Part shown: in pieces, positions 13,061 to 25,625 of the stretch
Layout: the number at the start of each line of letters is the position of its first letter
How positions within the stretch are numbered: position 1 is the stretch's first letter
Source: Chiloscyllium plagiosum
Lineage: Eukaryota
NCBI RefSeq assembly: GCF_004010195.1
Contig: NC_057711.1
Span: 78,401,156-78,465,155, forward strand
Direction: 5' to 3'
DNA: 64,000 nt
Translations under genes and position numbers: made by a program
The notes under the pieces: generated by a model
Database searches by the model: none
What the model was told of the DNA's origin: nothing
The model's input: the letters and a program-made list of their open reading frames with translations, nothing else

Positions 13061-13434
13061 CAAAAGTTTGATTTCATGCCATGCTCGAAATTCAATGAGG
13101 TGCGTACGCAAAGGGATAAAACAAATTCCCCTGCTAAGTACAGATCATTTAGCATGAGATATTAGGTTAGAAGACATGGTAAATACCCAGTAAGACTTGG
13201 GGTTAGAGGAAGGGATGGAGTCAAAAGGGAGAGGAGGAGAGGAAGATTCCAGAGGGGCGTGGGTACCTCTGAATTGTTGCAGCCTGCATTCCTTAATACC
13301 TCAAAAGAAAGAGAAAATATATTATTAAAGCTTTGAAAAAGCTGAAGAATGAAGCAGAACTGGGAGCAGCACAACTTTGAGATAGCAAGAAGTGGTACTG
13401 TTGGACAGAGAGGCCAAGGTCGTGCCATGTGCTG

Positions 13435-13435
<1 letters not shown>

Positions 13436-13467
<32 letters not shown>
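13436..13467 (+). repeat. (CA)16 microsatellite
   Basis: Directly visible in the sequence. Confidence 0.95.
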
Positions 13468-13469
<2 letters not shown>

Positions 13470-13759
13470 GTGGATTTCAAGATGCAGCGAGAACAGCTTT
13501 CCAGTAAGTGCTATACACCCTAGAGATATCTGTAATCCTCGGTGCAGTCAAAACAACAAGAACAAAACTTCAGTCGCAATCCACATGGAGCAAGTCTGAG
13601 CAAGAGGCAGTCACTGGGGAATAAGATGTGGCTGTGAAAGCAAATTTTGGCAAATACCTTGGTATGCTAAGCAAAAATATTGATGGTGAACAAGAAAATT
13701 AAATGGAAACCCTGTCAGAGAGAGGAGAAGAACTTTAAGGCAGGCAAGAAAGGAAGAAA

Positions 13760-13880
13760 ACAAAGAACTCCAGATGCTGAAAATCTGAAACAAAAATAAG
13801 TGCTGGAGAAACTCAGCATCGACAGAGTAAGAGGTAGTTATCATTTCAAGTTTAGTAACCTTTTGTCAGAACTGAAAGCA
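13760..13880 (-). mobile_element. Old PLE pLTR fragment with degenerate hammerhead
   Basis: cagatgctgaaaatctgaaacaaaa..tgctggagaaactcagca; minus strand gttctgacaaaaggttactaaacttgaaatg. Confidence 0.55.
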
Positions 13881-16800
13881 GCTGGGTAAGAATGGTCTTT
13901 ATACTCATGACAGTGGGTGGAGTTAGGGAACCAACCATGGTCATTGTGGGGACAAGATTGATGCTCAGTGATTTGTCCAGTTTCGTTCTTTTCAGACTTT
14001 GGGAAATATTAGGTTATTTATAGGTCTCCCATCGCAACCCCCAAAAATAATGAACAGGTAAGGACAGCAGTTAGGATAATGATCTTTTAGAACAGTCGAT
14101 ATTATCAATGAGCAGAAAATCAGATTCGCTCTTAAATACAGATTTATTTATTGAATTGAAATTCTACCTGATGCCCTAAGCACTGGGCAGCGGATTATGA
14201 GTCCAGTGGCATGATCTCTATGCCACCACCTTCTCCCACCCTGCTAAAGTATTTTTACTAATTTATTGGCAAGATAATATAGCATTATGTGGTGTTTCAG
14301 GGCAGAGAGCAGATTAGTACTGCCAAATTTCCAGATTATTATAAATGATCTTAGTGTCACCTAGCAACATAACTAGAAACAGAATGGCCAACTGAACATT
14401 TTATAATGTTTTTCATTTCATTCTTTCATTTTTAAAACAGAATGTGATCTACTTAAGAGCTTCAATATTGATCTCTTTATAAGTGCAGCCATGAACACAG
14501 GTGTCCTTTCACTCCATGACACATTATTAAAATCTGTAGCATGCATCTTCCATCATGCTCTAAATCACTGGATCCACTAGAGAGACAGACTTCTACAGAC
14601 AAGCTAAGAAAGTTTCTAAAAAACAGCAAAAATTATTCAGGAAGGATGAAAGAAGGGGCAATGAACTCCAAAGCCAAAAAGATAAGATGGCATGGCAAAA
14701 AAAACAGAAATGAAACCTTTTAAAACAAGGGCTAATCTTCTATTCTAACTACTTCCTCACGATTAAACATCCTAGAATTTATAAGTTTGTTTCAGAAGGG
14801 AAAAGGGAAATTGCATTTGGTAAGAGGCTAAAAAAAACTGCCATTGAAGTGTGCAGTTCCTTCCAAGGTCAGCTAGCCTGTAACACTGTATTAATGATAG
14901 ACATGATGCGGAGGTGCTGGTGTTGGAGTCGGGTGGACAAAGTTATAATTACCATTCACACACACACAAGTCTATGAGGTAAGCACTTCAGAATTCTGAA
15001 TTTTCTCCACATTTAGAAAATAATCTATGCCTCTATTCTTCCTACCAAACTGCATGACCTCATACATTCCCATATTGTATTTCATCTGTCACTTCTTTCT
15101 CCTCACCTGTCTAAATCCTTCTGCAGTCTCCGCACCTCCTAATGCTGCCGGTCCCCCCACCTTTCTTTGTATCATTTGCAAACTTAGCTAGAATGCCCTC
15201 AGTTCCTTCCTCTGGATCATTAATGTATACAAAAGTGAAAAGTTGTGGTCCCAACACCAACCATTGCAGAAGACATCTAGTCACTGGCTGCCATCCTGAG
15301 AAGGACTCTTATCCCCTCTCTCTGCTTTCTGCCAGACAGCCAATGTTCTACCCAGGCTAGTACCTTGTCTCTAACAACATGGGCTCTTATCTTGCTCAGT
15401 AGCCTCATGTGCAGCATCTTGTCAAAGGTCTTCTCCAAGTCTAAGTCAATAACATCCATCGGTTCTCCTTGGTCCAATCTGCTGGTCATCTCCTCAAAGA
15501 ATTCTAGCAGATTTGTCAGGCATGACCTCCCCTTGAAGCAACCATGCTGACTTTTCCCTAATATGCCACGCACCTCCAAGTATTCAGAAATCTCATCCCT
15601 CACAATGGACTCCAAAACTTCACCCACGACCAAGGTCAGATCCATTCAGCCTGTAATTTCTGGTCTTTTGTCTTACTCGCTTCTTAAACAAGGGGTTACT
15701 TGAGTGATTTTCCAGTCCTCTGGGACCCTCCCTGACTCCAGCGATTCCTAAAAAGATCATCACTAACACCTCCACAATCGCTTCAACCAGCTCCTTCAGA
15801 ACTCTGGAGTGTAGTCCATCTGGTCCAAGTGATTTATCACCTTCAGACCTTTCAGTTATTCTAGCATCTTCTCCTTGGTGATGGCCACTGCCCCCAACTC
15901 TCAGATTTTTTGGCATGTCACTTGTGTCATGCACCATGAAAACTGACACAAAGTATTTGATCAATTCCTCTGCCATTCCTTTGTTCCCCATTACGACTTC
16001 TCCAGCATCATTTTCCAGCCCAATGTCCACTCTTGCCTCTCTTTTGCTCTTTGTATATATAAAGAAACTATTGTAATCCTCTTATATTACTGGCTTGTTC
16101 ACGCTCATTTTTAATCTTCACCCTTCTTGTTCCTTCTTTATTGTCCTTTGTTGGTCTTTGTAGGTTTCCCAATACCCTGGTTTTCCACTGTCCTTTGCTG
16201 CATTATATACTCTCTCTTTTTCTTTTACACTGTCCCTGACTTCCCTTTTCAGCTCATCCTCCCTTTAGTATGTTTCTTTTTCCTCAGCATGAATCTCCCA
16301 TATCTCCTGAAATACTCTAGGAACTCCTGCCATTGCTGTTCGACTGTCTTCCCTGTTAGGCTTCTCTCCCAGTCAATGCTGCCCAGCTCCTCCCTCATGC
16401 CTCTGTCATTACCTTTATCCAACTGTAATACATCTGATGCCAGTTTCGCCCTCGTAAATTGCAGAGTAAATTCTATGATGATCATTGCCCCCTAAGGATT
16501 CCTTCACCTTAAGCTCCCTTATCAAGTCTGCCTCATTGCACATCACTAAATTCAGAACTGCCTGTCCCCAGTGGATTCCACCACAAGCTGCTCCAAAAAG
16601 CCATCTCACAGACATTTCATAAATTCCCGTCAGGATCCACTGCCAATCTTATCTTCCGAGTCCACCTGCATATTGTAATCCCCCATGATCACTGCAAACC
16701 TGCCTTTCTTAATACATCTTTTCCATCTCCTAGTTAATTTTGTGCCATACATCCTGACTACTGTTTGGAGGTCTGTACTTTACTCCCATTATGGTTTTGT

Positions 16801-16942
16801 TATCTTTACAGTTCCACAATTCTACCTACATGGATTCTATATCATCTGACTATGCTGTTTCTTGCTATTGATTTAATTTCATTTCTTATAATAAGGTTAC
16901 CCCATCCCCATGCCCACCTGCTTGTCTTTTCAACAAGATGTT

Positions 16943-17505
16943 CAGGGGAACCTTGATTATCCAAATAACATGTACCCGAAAATCAGACTGTCCGAAGGAG
17001 ATCTTGAGGTCCTGATCGAAACATTACATCAAAGACATGTTTCCAACAGTTATTGCATCTTTTGTTTTGTGATTAAACCGGCACTGTCTCCAAATGACTG
17101 ACCTCCCGCCCTCTCTCCCCCCACGCTTTCCCTGGAGCTCTACAGAGAGGTGCATCCTAACCCCCCTCCCAGATAATATCTCCAACATTATCCAGAACAG
17201 GGCAAATGTGAAAACTGTCAAAAGGTTGCAGTAGAAAGTTGTGTGTGTGTGTGCGGACACAGTTGGGGGCAGGGATGGGGTTGGACACAGTTGGAGCGGG
17301 GTTTGGTGTTGGGGGGGGGCAGTGTTGGACAGGGTTGGGAGGCGAAGTCTCACTCGCTGTATGCTGCTGTAGTCTCCTGAATGGGGAGCAGACTTTAAAA
17401 ACGCCAAGCCCCAGTGAAAAGGCATTTAATCAATTAAACCAATTGATTGATTATCTGAACAAAATAGTGCCCGCCCATCTCATTCGGATAATTGAGGTTC
17501 TTCGG
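16943..17505. mobile_element. Tc1/mariner (Tigger/pogo-like) MITE
   Basis: Imperfect ~24-bp TIRs CAGGGGAACCTTGATTATCCAAAT / ATTCGGATAATTGAGGTTCTTCGG, TA on the right flank. Interrupts the CR1 endonuclease region. Confidence 0.75.
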
Positions 17506-17696
17506 TATATCCTTGGATACTTAGCACCCAGTCTTGATCCTTTTGCAAGCACATCTCCATGATGCCCACCACATCATGCCTGCCGATTTCAATCTACACC
17601 ACATGCTCATTTACTTTATTTCATACACTGCGCGCATTCAGATACAACACATTCAGTCCTGTTGTGGTTCTGTTTGCCAAGCTGGGAATTTGTGTT

Positions 17697-17736
17697 GCAG
17701 ACGTTTCGTCCCCTGTCTAGGTGACATCCTCAGTGC
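17697..17736 (-). ncRNA. Minimal type-I hammerhead ribozyme motif (family 2), intact
   Basis: GCA-CTGAGGA-T-GTCACCT-AGAC-AGGGGAC-GAAA-C-GTC-TGC on the minus strand. Confidence 0.75.
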
Positions 17737-18234
17737 TTGGGAGCCTCCTGTGAAGCACTTCTGTGATGTCTCCTCCGGCATTTATAGTGGTTTGTCTCTG
17801 CCGCTTCCGATTGTCAGTTCCAGCTGTCCGCTGCAGTGGCCGGTATATTGGGTCCAGGTCAATGTGTTTGTTGATAGAATCTGTGGGTGAGTGCCATGCC
17901 TCTAGGAATTCCCTGGCTGTTCTCTGTTTGGCTTGTCCTATAATAGTAGTGTTGTCCCAGTCAAACTCATGTTGCTTGTCATCTGCGTGTGTGGCTACTA
18001 AGGAAAGCTGGTCATGTCATTTCGTGGCTAGTTGGTGTTCATGGACACGGATCATTAGCGGTCTTCCTGTTTGTCCTACGTAGTATTTTGTGCAGTCCTT
18101 ACATGGGATTTTGCATGGACCCAATATACCAGCCACTGCAGCGGACAGCTGGAACTGACAACCGGAAGCAGCAGGGACAGGCCACTATAAATGCCGGAGG
18201 AAACACCACAGAAGCGCTTCACAGGAGGCTCCCA

Positions 18235-18276
18235 AGCACTGAGGATGTCACCTAGACAGGGGACGAAACGTCTGCT
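18235..18276 (+). ncRNA. Minimal type-I hammerhead ribozyme motif (family 2), intact
   Basis: AGCA-CTGAGGA-T-GTCACCT-AGAC-AGGGGAC-GAAA-C-GTC-TGCT. Stem I AGCA/TGCT; predicted cleavage after C18272. Confidence 0.8.
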
Positions 18277-20394
18277 ACACAAATTCCCAGCTTGGCGAAC
18301 AGAACCACAACAACGAGCACCCGAGCTACAGATCTTCTCACAAACTTTGAACCTTCAGTCCTGCTCTTCACATTGTCATCCCTTTATCGGACACGCTTGA
18401 AGTTAGATTCATAACTCTTTCCAAACACTATTTCTATTGTGTGTTCTGGAGACTCCAATAACCTAGCCTGGAGTTCTTCTTTTCCAGTTCTCTTGGTATT
18501 ATCTTCAAGATTTAATCCTTTACAGCCAAATTCAATTAGTCATTCACTTCATCTGCTGGCTATCGAATATGCCTAGACAATACTGGTTTCATTACAACAC
18601 ATGCCATTCATTATAAAATACTTTGGAATAACTACAGGATATCAAGAGCATTACTACAAATGCAAAATAATTCGTTCTGGTTCGGATATAACGTAGTGAA
18701 GTGTTACACAGTTTCTGTTTGCACTTCTTCTGAAGCAAGAAGCACAGCTTCAGACTAGAAAAAGGCAAGGTTAGACTGGCATCAGGAAGTTTCTACAAAA
18801 AGGTTTGTGACAGCTATGGCAAAAGCATTAGAATTGTCTGAGGGGAAAAAAAGATGTCCCACTGAGGCTGTACTTTATTTTAGGCCTAAACTGGAAGCTT
18901 AAATTGGGTCAGATAATGTCCTGATCTGTTTCTATCTTTGACAGAGGAGATTTAAGAATTACAATTTCTCCTTATCCTACCATTTCTGAAGATTTCTCAC
19001 TTTAATCTAAACTTTGATTTTGGTAAACATGACATTTGAATTATTGCTCCTGTCACTTGATCGTATGAATTGTATCAATGTGCTTTCAATCAGTTTTTTT
19101 AAAATTGCGATGTGTGATATAGGGTCATTCTATAAATAGTTCTAGCATGTATTCAAGGAAATGTGTTCCATTCCTATTGCAGCATTCATAGATTTTTTAA
19201 AAATATGCAGTCTGTAAGCAATGATATTGATTAAAACGAATGTAAGTACATTAATTTTTTTTAAAAGTCGTTCATATATCTCTATCTTTACATCTGTTAA
19301 AACATGAAGTCAGACAACCAAGACAAATCAGCCTCACTATCCTGATTTTCGCAACACAGTAAAATTAAAAGCATCCAATGATCCTCAAAACTACCTCATT
19401 AGTTCCTAACCAGATTTTTTGAATAAACAATACTAGACAGCAAACTTATAGCTTAAACAAAGGAATTAACAATTTATGAATAATACTGTAGCTGTTGCAC
19501 AGCAAAGTTAAACAACATAATCTAACATCTATGATTTAAACGCATTTTTTTTTTATTCTAGCCATACCCTCACAACGACAAAGACATAATTAAGGGATAA
19601 ATCTAAAGAAAAATAAAAGGAATGTAACTGTCAGATTCCACAATCCATAATATCACAGGCACATAGGATTATATCTCGTTTCTAAAGGTACCAGCAATGC
19701 AACAGCCTCCACCAGGCTCTGAGGAATGTTGACTTAATAGTTATAATTGAGATTCTATTCTCCAAACTTTTAATATGTTGGTTATGGGAAGATTACCACA
19801 GAGAAATCAATCTCCATCCTTTAGCTTTGGCAGCCACAATTCTGCTGACCTAAAATATATTTCAAAACCCAATGTTTAGAGTGTCTTTTTCTCTTTTCCT
19901 AACAGTCTCTTGGTTAGACTGCTCGACACCAGGCTCCCTGTGATGACTCCTGTTAACATTCAGACATCTATCATCTGTTTCGAGTGTAATGTATCTCCAA
20001 AACTGAAATGTTCTTTTGTGTTCTTTGAATAAGAAACCACCTGCAAATAACTTCCAGGCCTGGCCTCAAACATATTTCAGTTTATTGCCCCTTTCTTAAC
20101 AGCCAGCTGCTGCTCACAGCACAAAGGTCACCTTTGGCTCTAAGTTCACAGCTCCAAACTAAAACTAAAATATAAAAATAAAAATAACGATCTTAACAAT
20201 ACACACATACACACAAAAGACAGAGCATGTGCAATGAAGCATTATTCCTTATGAGCTCACCTATAAAATTGCAAATGTTGTCCAATGATCAGCAGACTAC
20301 ACTTTTTGTGCCATTATCTGCACTTCCTTGTTCGCTGCCCAGCCAACTAGTTTTAGTACTTTGCAGCTCTCTAATTCATTTAGAGATCATGCAT

Positions 20395-21300
20395 GCATTG
20401 ATAAAACTAGCATTTATTGCTCACCTTAATTGCTCCATTGCCTTCTTGAACCACTGCTGAGTCTTTAGCGAAGGGGCACCCATGGTGCTGTTAGGGAGTT
20501 CCAGGGTTTTGAACCACCAACAGTGAAGGAATGGTGATAGGCCCATGTCAGGATAATTCATGGTTTGACGGGAAATTTGCAGGTAGTAGCATTCTCATGA
20601 ATCTGCTGCCCTTGTCCTATTAAGTGATAGAGGTCACTTGTTTGTGAAGTTGCAGAGCATCTTGTGAGTAGCATGCATAGCAGTAGTGGGGCGACTGAAA
20701 GTTGAAGGGGTTAAGTGGGTACCAATCAAGCAGGTTGCTTTGCCCTGGATTGTGTTGAGCTAGACTTTGTTGGAACTGTACTCAGCCAAATAAGTGGACA
20801 GTATTCTATCACACCCCTCCTTGTGCCTTGCAGGTAATGAACAGGATTGAGGGAGTCAGGTGGTGAATTACTCACTGCAGAATTCTCAGAATGACTTGCT
20901 CATGTAGTCACAGTATTTATATGGCTGGTCCAGTTCAGTTTCTCATTAATAGTAATTCTCAAGACGTTAACAGAGCTTTCCCCCGACTCTCACTGAATCC
21001 AGGTGATGTCACATTTGGTCAAATGCTGTCTTGATGTCATCGCTTTCCCTCAAGTTCAGCTCTTTGTCCATGTTTGGGCCAAGGATGTAATGAGATCCAA
21101 AACTGAATGGATCCTGAACTGAACAGTGAGGAGGTTATAGTTCAGCAAGTGCTGCTTAATAGCGACACCTTGCATCACTTTGCTGGAGATAAAGAATAGA
21201 TTATTAGGACAGTAATTGGCCGAGTTAGATTCATCCCACTTTTTGTGGACAGATATGCCTGGGCCATTTTCCACTTTGCTGTGCAGATGCCAATGTTAAG
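20395..21300 (-). mobile_element. CR1-clade family B fragment
   Basis: ORF 21056..21274 (VHKKWDESNSANYCPNNL..ISSKVMQG); family-B 3' tail at ~20410-20460. Confidence 0.75.
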
Positions 21301-21826
21301 TGCAGAGACAAAAATCATCCCAGCATCACCAAGAATGAGGCTTTACGAATTTTTTTTAAGAAAAGCTTTAAGATTATAGCTTTTGTTGTCCAAGCTATGG
21401 GTAACCTTGGAAAGATTACATGTATATCCAATGTTAGCTGCCTTGAGAAATTAAATGTTTCTGTTCTTGTACTAATAATATTGCAGCAGAGGTACTCATT
21501 TGACAATTCTAGCAAAGTGTTGGAATTGAAATATATTTCAACTTTCAACACTACGCAACTTGGAGAGGTTGGAAACAAAGATACTTCTACAACTACTGAT
21601 TTTGTCATTCTCTTTGGTGCAATTTGCAGAACAATCGGTACATGTTGAAGTAATCTGGCTAATTTGCTGCATAAAACATATAAAGCATCCACAACAGACA
21701 TAGTGCCAGTACAACTCACATCAACTGTGCCAATTATTCTTCCTAGATGGTACTGAGCTTTGAGTGTTGTGCTACAGGCTGAATGAGGAATATTCCATCA
21801 TAATCCTGACGAACAACTTTGATACT

Positions 21827-21933
21827 TCCTGATGAAGGGCTTTTGCCCGAAATGCCACCTGACCTGCTGCACTTTTCCAGCACCACTCTAATCTTGACTC
21901 TAATCGCCAGCATTTGCAGTACCCACTTCTGCC
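21827..21933 (+). mobile_element. Short PLE pLTR insertion (family 1), 13-bp TSD
   Basis: Starts TC-CTGATGA-A-GGGCTTTTGCCC-GAAATG with the cleavage segment deleted. TSD caactttgatact at 21814-21826 and 21934-21946. Confidence 0.85.
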
Positions 21934-24055
21934 CAACTTTGATACTAGTTTGGCTTGAAGGTGTCTGGAAGAAAGCCACTCATCCCTAACTGCTAATATA
22001 GCTGATCCAGTTAAACTCAAATGGCAACAGACCATCTCCTTCTGATGTTGCTTGCACAAACCAAAACTCTTGAGCTAGTGGTACCTTTCAAAGGCAGGGA
22101 CTCTCAAATATTCAAGATGATCATTCAAGTATATGTGTTACTGGCAAAGCTAAGCCTTAATGATATCATTGCTTTCTGAGGTTGTACAGACTGCTTTATT
22201 GTTCAAGCCACAAAAGCAGGATGTGTGTTACAGGAGCAAGTTTTATTAATCAGCTCCCACATACTGATCTGGGGAATCCTGTGACATTGAAAGTATCTAG
22301 CACTAGATATTTCCTTTCTAAACTTTGACATGAGAATTAAGGAAGGTGTTGACAGACAACAGACCTCAAAATATGTGAAAATCGTTTAAATCCAACACAT
22401 GGAGATAACAAAAGGGACAGCCAAGTACATAGTGTTCAGAGACACAAGCTAGATTTCTCACTTTTCATTTTCCCATTGAGGAAGTAGATGTCAATATTTC
22501 TACTATAAACAAAGCTCCATAGTTGCTTATTAATTGTTTATTCAAAATGAAACTTGGGTCTGATTTGACAGTTAAGACTTGAAAATAGAAAATGGAAAAT
22601 AAATTCTCCTAAATTCAAGAAGGAAGTATTTCTTTAAAAAGCTCATTTTCAGTGAGTTTAGAATAAATGACTAATAATTTCAAAATACTTCTTCAAAATC
22701 CACACAAAAAAAACAAGAGATGACACAGTGCTTTTTCGTAAGTATGAGGAAAAAGGTGAAGAGAAAAGTACAGCAACGTCTCACTTAGTCAAAATTAAGT
22801 TAAACCATCAAAATAGAAGTTCTTGTTTCCTGACTTTCACAATTAGACAGGTTAAGTGTGTTTATGGTTCCCTGTAGGTTTCACTATAAACAAAACTGCA
22901 ATTAAGTTGCAAGCTTTCAGCAAAGGACAACGATCAAAACTGATCTGACAATCCCCTTATACACTGTGAAACAGATAATATTTAATCTAAAGACAATGGT
23001 ATACGGTCTACTCACTGTACAACTGATGACACTTAAACATGACATTCTCATTGCAGTTTGATCAGACTACATGAAACCTCAGTACTTTCGACCTAATTTT
23101 CAATTCATTTATGACAATCTGACCAGAAAACCTAGTATGGCAAAGAAATGTGCATGTCGATTACACTTAATCTGTATATACCAATGCCTCTTTTAGAAGT
23201 CATTTTGCTTTAATGTAATCATTTTATTAGTAGACGAAATCTGAGTGTCAGAGATTCATTTTAACATTATTTACTGCAGACATTACCCTATCTGTTTGAC
23301 ACCATTTTGCCTCTCCCAGCCTTCCAACTTGCCAAAGTCCTCACCAGGGAGATCCATTCACCAGACTCACTGCTCACCACCACCTGAACAGCAAACCATC
23401 GGACATGCTTCTACAATCCCCACTCCGAGGACTCAGCCAGTCCAACAGCAATATGTACGCGCACACCCCACCCCCATATACTTACACAAAATCCCAGTGG
23501 GGAAACTGAGAAGTATAACAACCTAAGAAAGTGTAATAGTGGGATTAGGTTGAATATGCAGCTTATTTAGCTTTCCCACAGGTCCCTCCCAATCATTGGT
23601 GAGGGAAGAAAGTGCCTTATGCACAAATATTAGGACCAAAGGTAAAACTGTATGATTGATCACTGGCTCAATAGACTGCTAAAAGGGATTACAAATTCAC
23701 AGTTCATCTGTAATCTACACAGAATTTGCTAGTCCCCTTGCCTAGGTACTGCAATGAGCTACCAGATGGTGAAATCACAAAACTTCATTAACATGGGGGA
23801 GAAACAAAGAAAACCAATAATACCACAATGTTTTCCACATGTATGAAAGAAAATATGATTGTACCTTTAATGAGGCTCACATTTCAAGTGCTGTTGTAAA
23901 TGCGGCCAAACAAGATCTAGAACTTATTTTTAAAATTCTTTCAATTTATGGTTGCACAAAAGGTAGGACTTTCCAATAGTTGAAAAATAGTCACATTTTA
24001 TTTAACAATGAGATTAAGGAATAATTTCTTAAGATTTAAATATTGCTAACATCGT

Positions 24056-24364
24056 GGGCAGCACGGTGGCACAGTGGTTAGCACTGCTGCCTCACAGCGC
24101 AGGGACCCGGGTTCAATTCCCACCTCGGGCCACTGTCTGTGTGGAGTTTGCACATTCTCTCCATGCCGGCGTGGATTTTCTCTGGGTGCTCCAGTTTCCT
24201 CCCACAATCCCAAAGACGGGCAGGCCAGGTGAATTGCCATGCTAAATTGCCCATTAGTCAGGGGTAAATGTAGAGGAATGGGTCTGGGTGGGTTAGTATT
24301 TGGAGGGTCAGTGTGGATTGATTGTACCGAATGGTCTGTTTTCACACTGTAGGGAATCTAATCT
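24056..24364 (+). mobile_element. HE1-type V-SINE
   Basis: A/B boxes, V-domain, tail gggaatctaatct. Confidence 0.93.
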
Positions 24365-24609
24365 TAAACATTTCAAAAGATTATTGAAGTCTATAACTGC
24401 TTATCAGCTGACAGAAAAACATGCACAGTTTAAGGAATAGACAGTGCAAATGGCAGTTAAGTTTGATCAAAAATAATCACAGGATACTCAAAGCACAAAA
24501 TAGGTAAGATTAAGTTTAAAACACCGCACTCCCACAATTCCTACTTTTTTTAAAAAACAGATTCTTTCATGGGGGGAGGGGTGTTTTTTACTGGCTCAGC
24601 CACATTTAA

Positions 24610-24910
24610 TGGGAGGCAATGGCCTCATGGTATTATCACCTGACCAGTAGTAGAGAGATTCGGATAATGTTCTGGGTTCGAAATCAATAAAAACCTGTAA
24701 TTTAAGAGTTTAGTCATAACCGAAACCATTGTCGATTGTCATAAAAAACACTCATTTGCTTCAAGAATATCCTTTGCGGGAAGGAATCTGCAATCTTTAC
24801 CTGGTCTGGCCTACATGTGAGTCTAGACCCACAGCATGTGGTTGACTGTCAACTGCACTCTGGACAATTACAAATGGACAATAATGCTGGCCTAGCCAGT
24901 GACACTCTCC
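24610..24910 (+). mobile_element. Older tRNA-like SINE with CR1 family-B tail
   Basis: Homologous to 54540-54850 (cctacatgtga.tc.agacccacagc.atgtggttg). Ends in the family-B 3' tail caattacaaatggacaataatgctggcc. Confidence 0.6.
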
Positions 24911-24979
24911 TCTCTCCTCCCCCCCACCACCCCCAAAACAGTTCAACAACACCCCCCCACAACCTTCGGTCTGCCATCT

Positions 24980-25625
24980 CCACTTATTATTCAAAGGCAT
25001 CATCATTCCTGAATACCCAATTAATACACTGAGCTCCAATGATCAGCTACTGAATTGGACCAGCCATATAAATACCATGACTACAAGAACACATCTGTCG
25101 GTAGGACTTCTGCAGCAAACAACTCACATCCTAACTCGTCAAAGCCTGTCCATCATCAATATACAAGTCATGAGTGCGATGGAATACCCTTATTTGCCTG
25201 GATGTGTGCACCTCCAACAACCTTCAAGCTTGACACTCTCCAGGCCAAATAAGTTTATTTGATTGACACCCCTTCAAAGTTCGCTCACTTCACCAATACA
25301 CAGCATCAGCATTATTCACCATTAACAAAACAATTACATGAACTCACCAGGATCCTATGACAGCTCACTTCATAGCTTCCACATATACCCTAGGTGCAAC
25401 AGACACATGTGAACAGGTTGCAGGTTTCGATTTCCCTCCATATCATCAAAACTTGGGAATATAATTGCCATTCCCTCACTACTACTGAATCAAAATCATG
25501 GAACTCCCTTTCAAACGGCATTGTGGAACTAAGTGGTTCAGGAAGGCAACTCACCACTACCTTCTCAACGGCAACTGGAGATAAGTAATAAACAATGGGC
25601 AAAAAGTCATGCCACATCCAATGAG
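24980..25625 (+). mobile_element. CR1-clade family B 3' fragment
   Basis: FAWMCAPPTTFKLDTLQAK; tail ggcaactcaccactaccttctcaacggcaact. Confidence 0.7.

Larger units (their letters stand above)
17662..18353. mobile_element. Penelope element 3' end (GIY-YIG + pLTR) with inverted pLTR copy, 10-bp TSD
   Basis: Minus strand KIPCKDCTKYYVGQTGR..RVHEHQ...FLEAWHS..SINKHIDLDPIY. ~17662-17860 is mirrored by ~18116-18312. TSD ttcagtcctg at 17652-17661 and 18354-18363. Confidence 0.92.
14985..18430 (-). mobile_element. CR1 (HER1-like) LINE ORF2 fragment (APE endonuclease start through RT), carrying nested insertions
   Basis: ORF 15277..15645 (SQHGCFKGRSCLTNLLEFFEE...DVIDLDLEKTFDK); APE start LNVLYLNARSV.NKVNE...DVVGIME at ~17510-17655. 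Confidence 0.9.

Noticed and set aside
19400..20200. Possible LTR-like sequence
   Set aside because: No definable termini, TSD or second copy in the window.
21315..21750. 134-aa minus-strand ORF
   Set aside because: No recognisable motif and no convincing donor/acceptor pair; likely a chance ORF.
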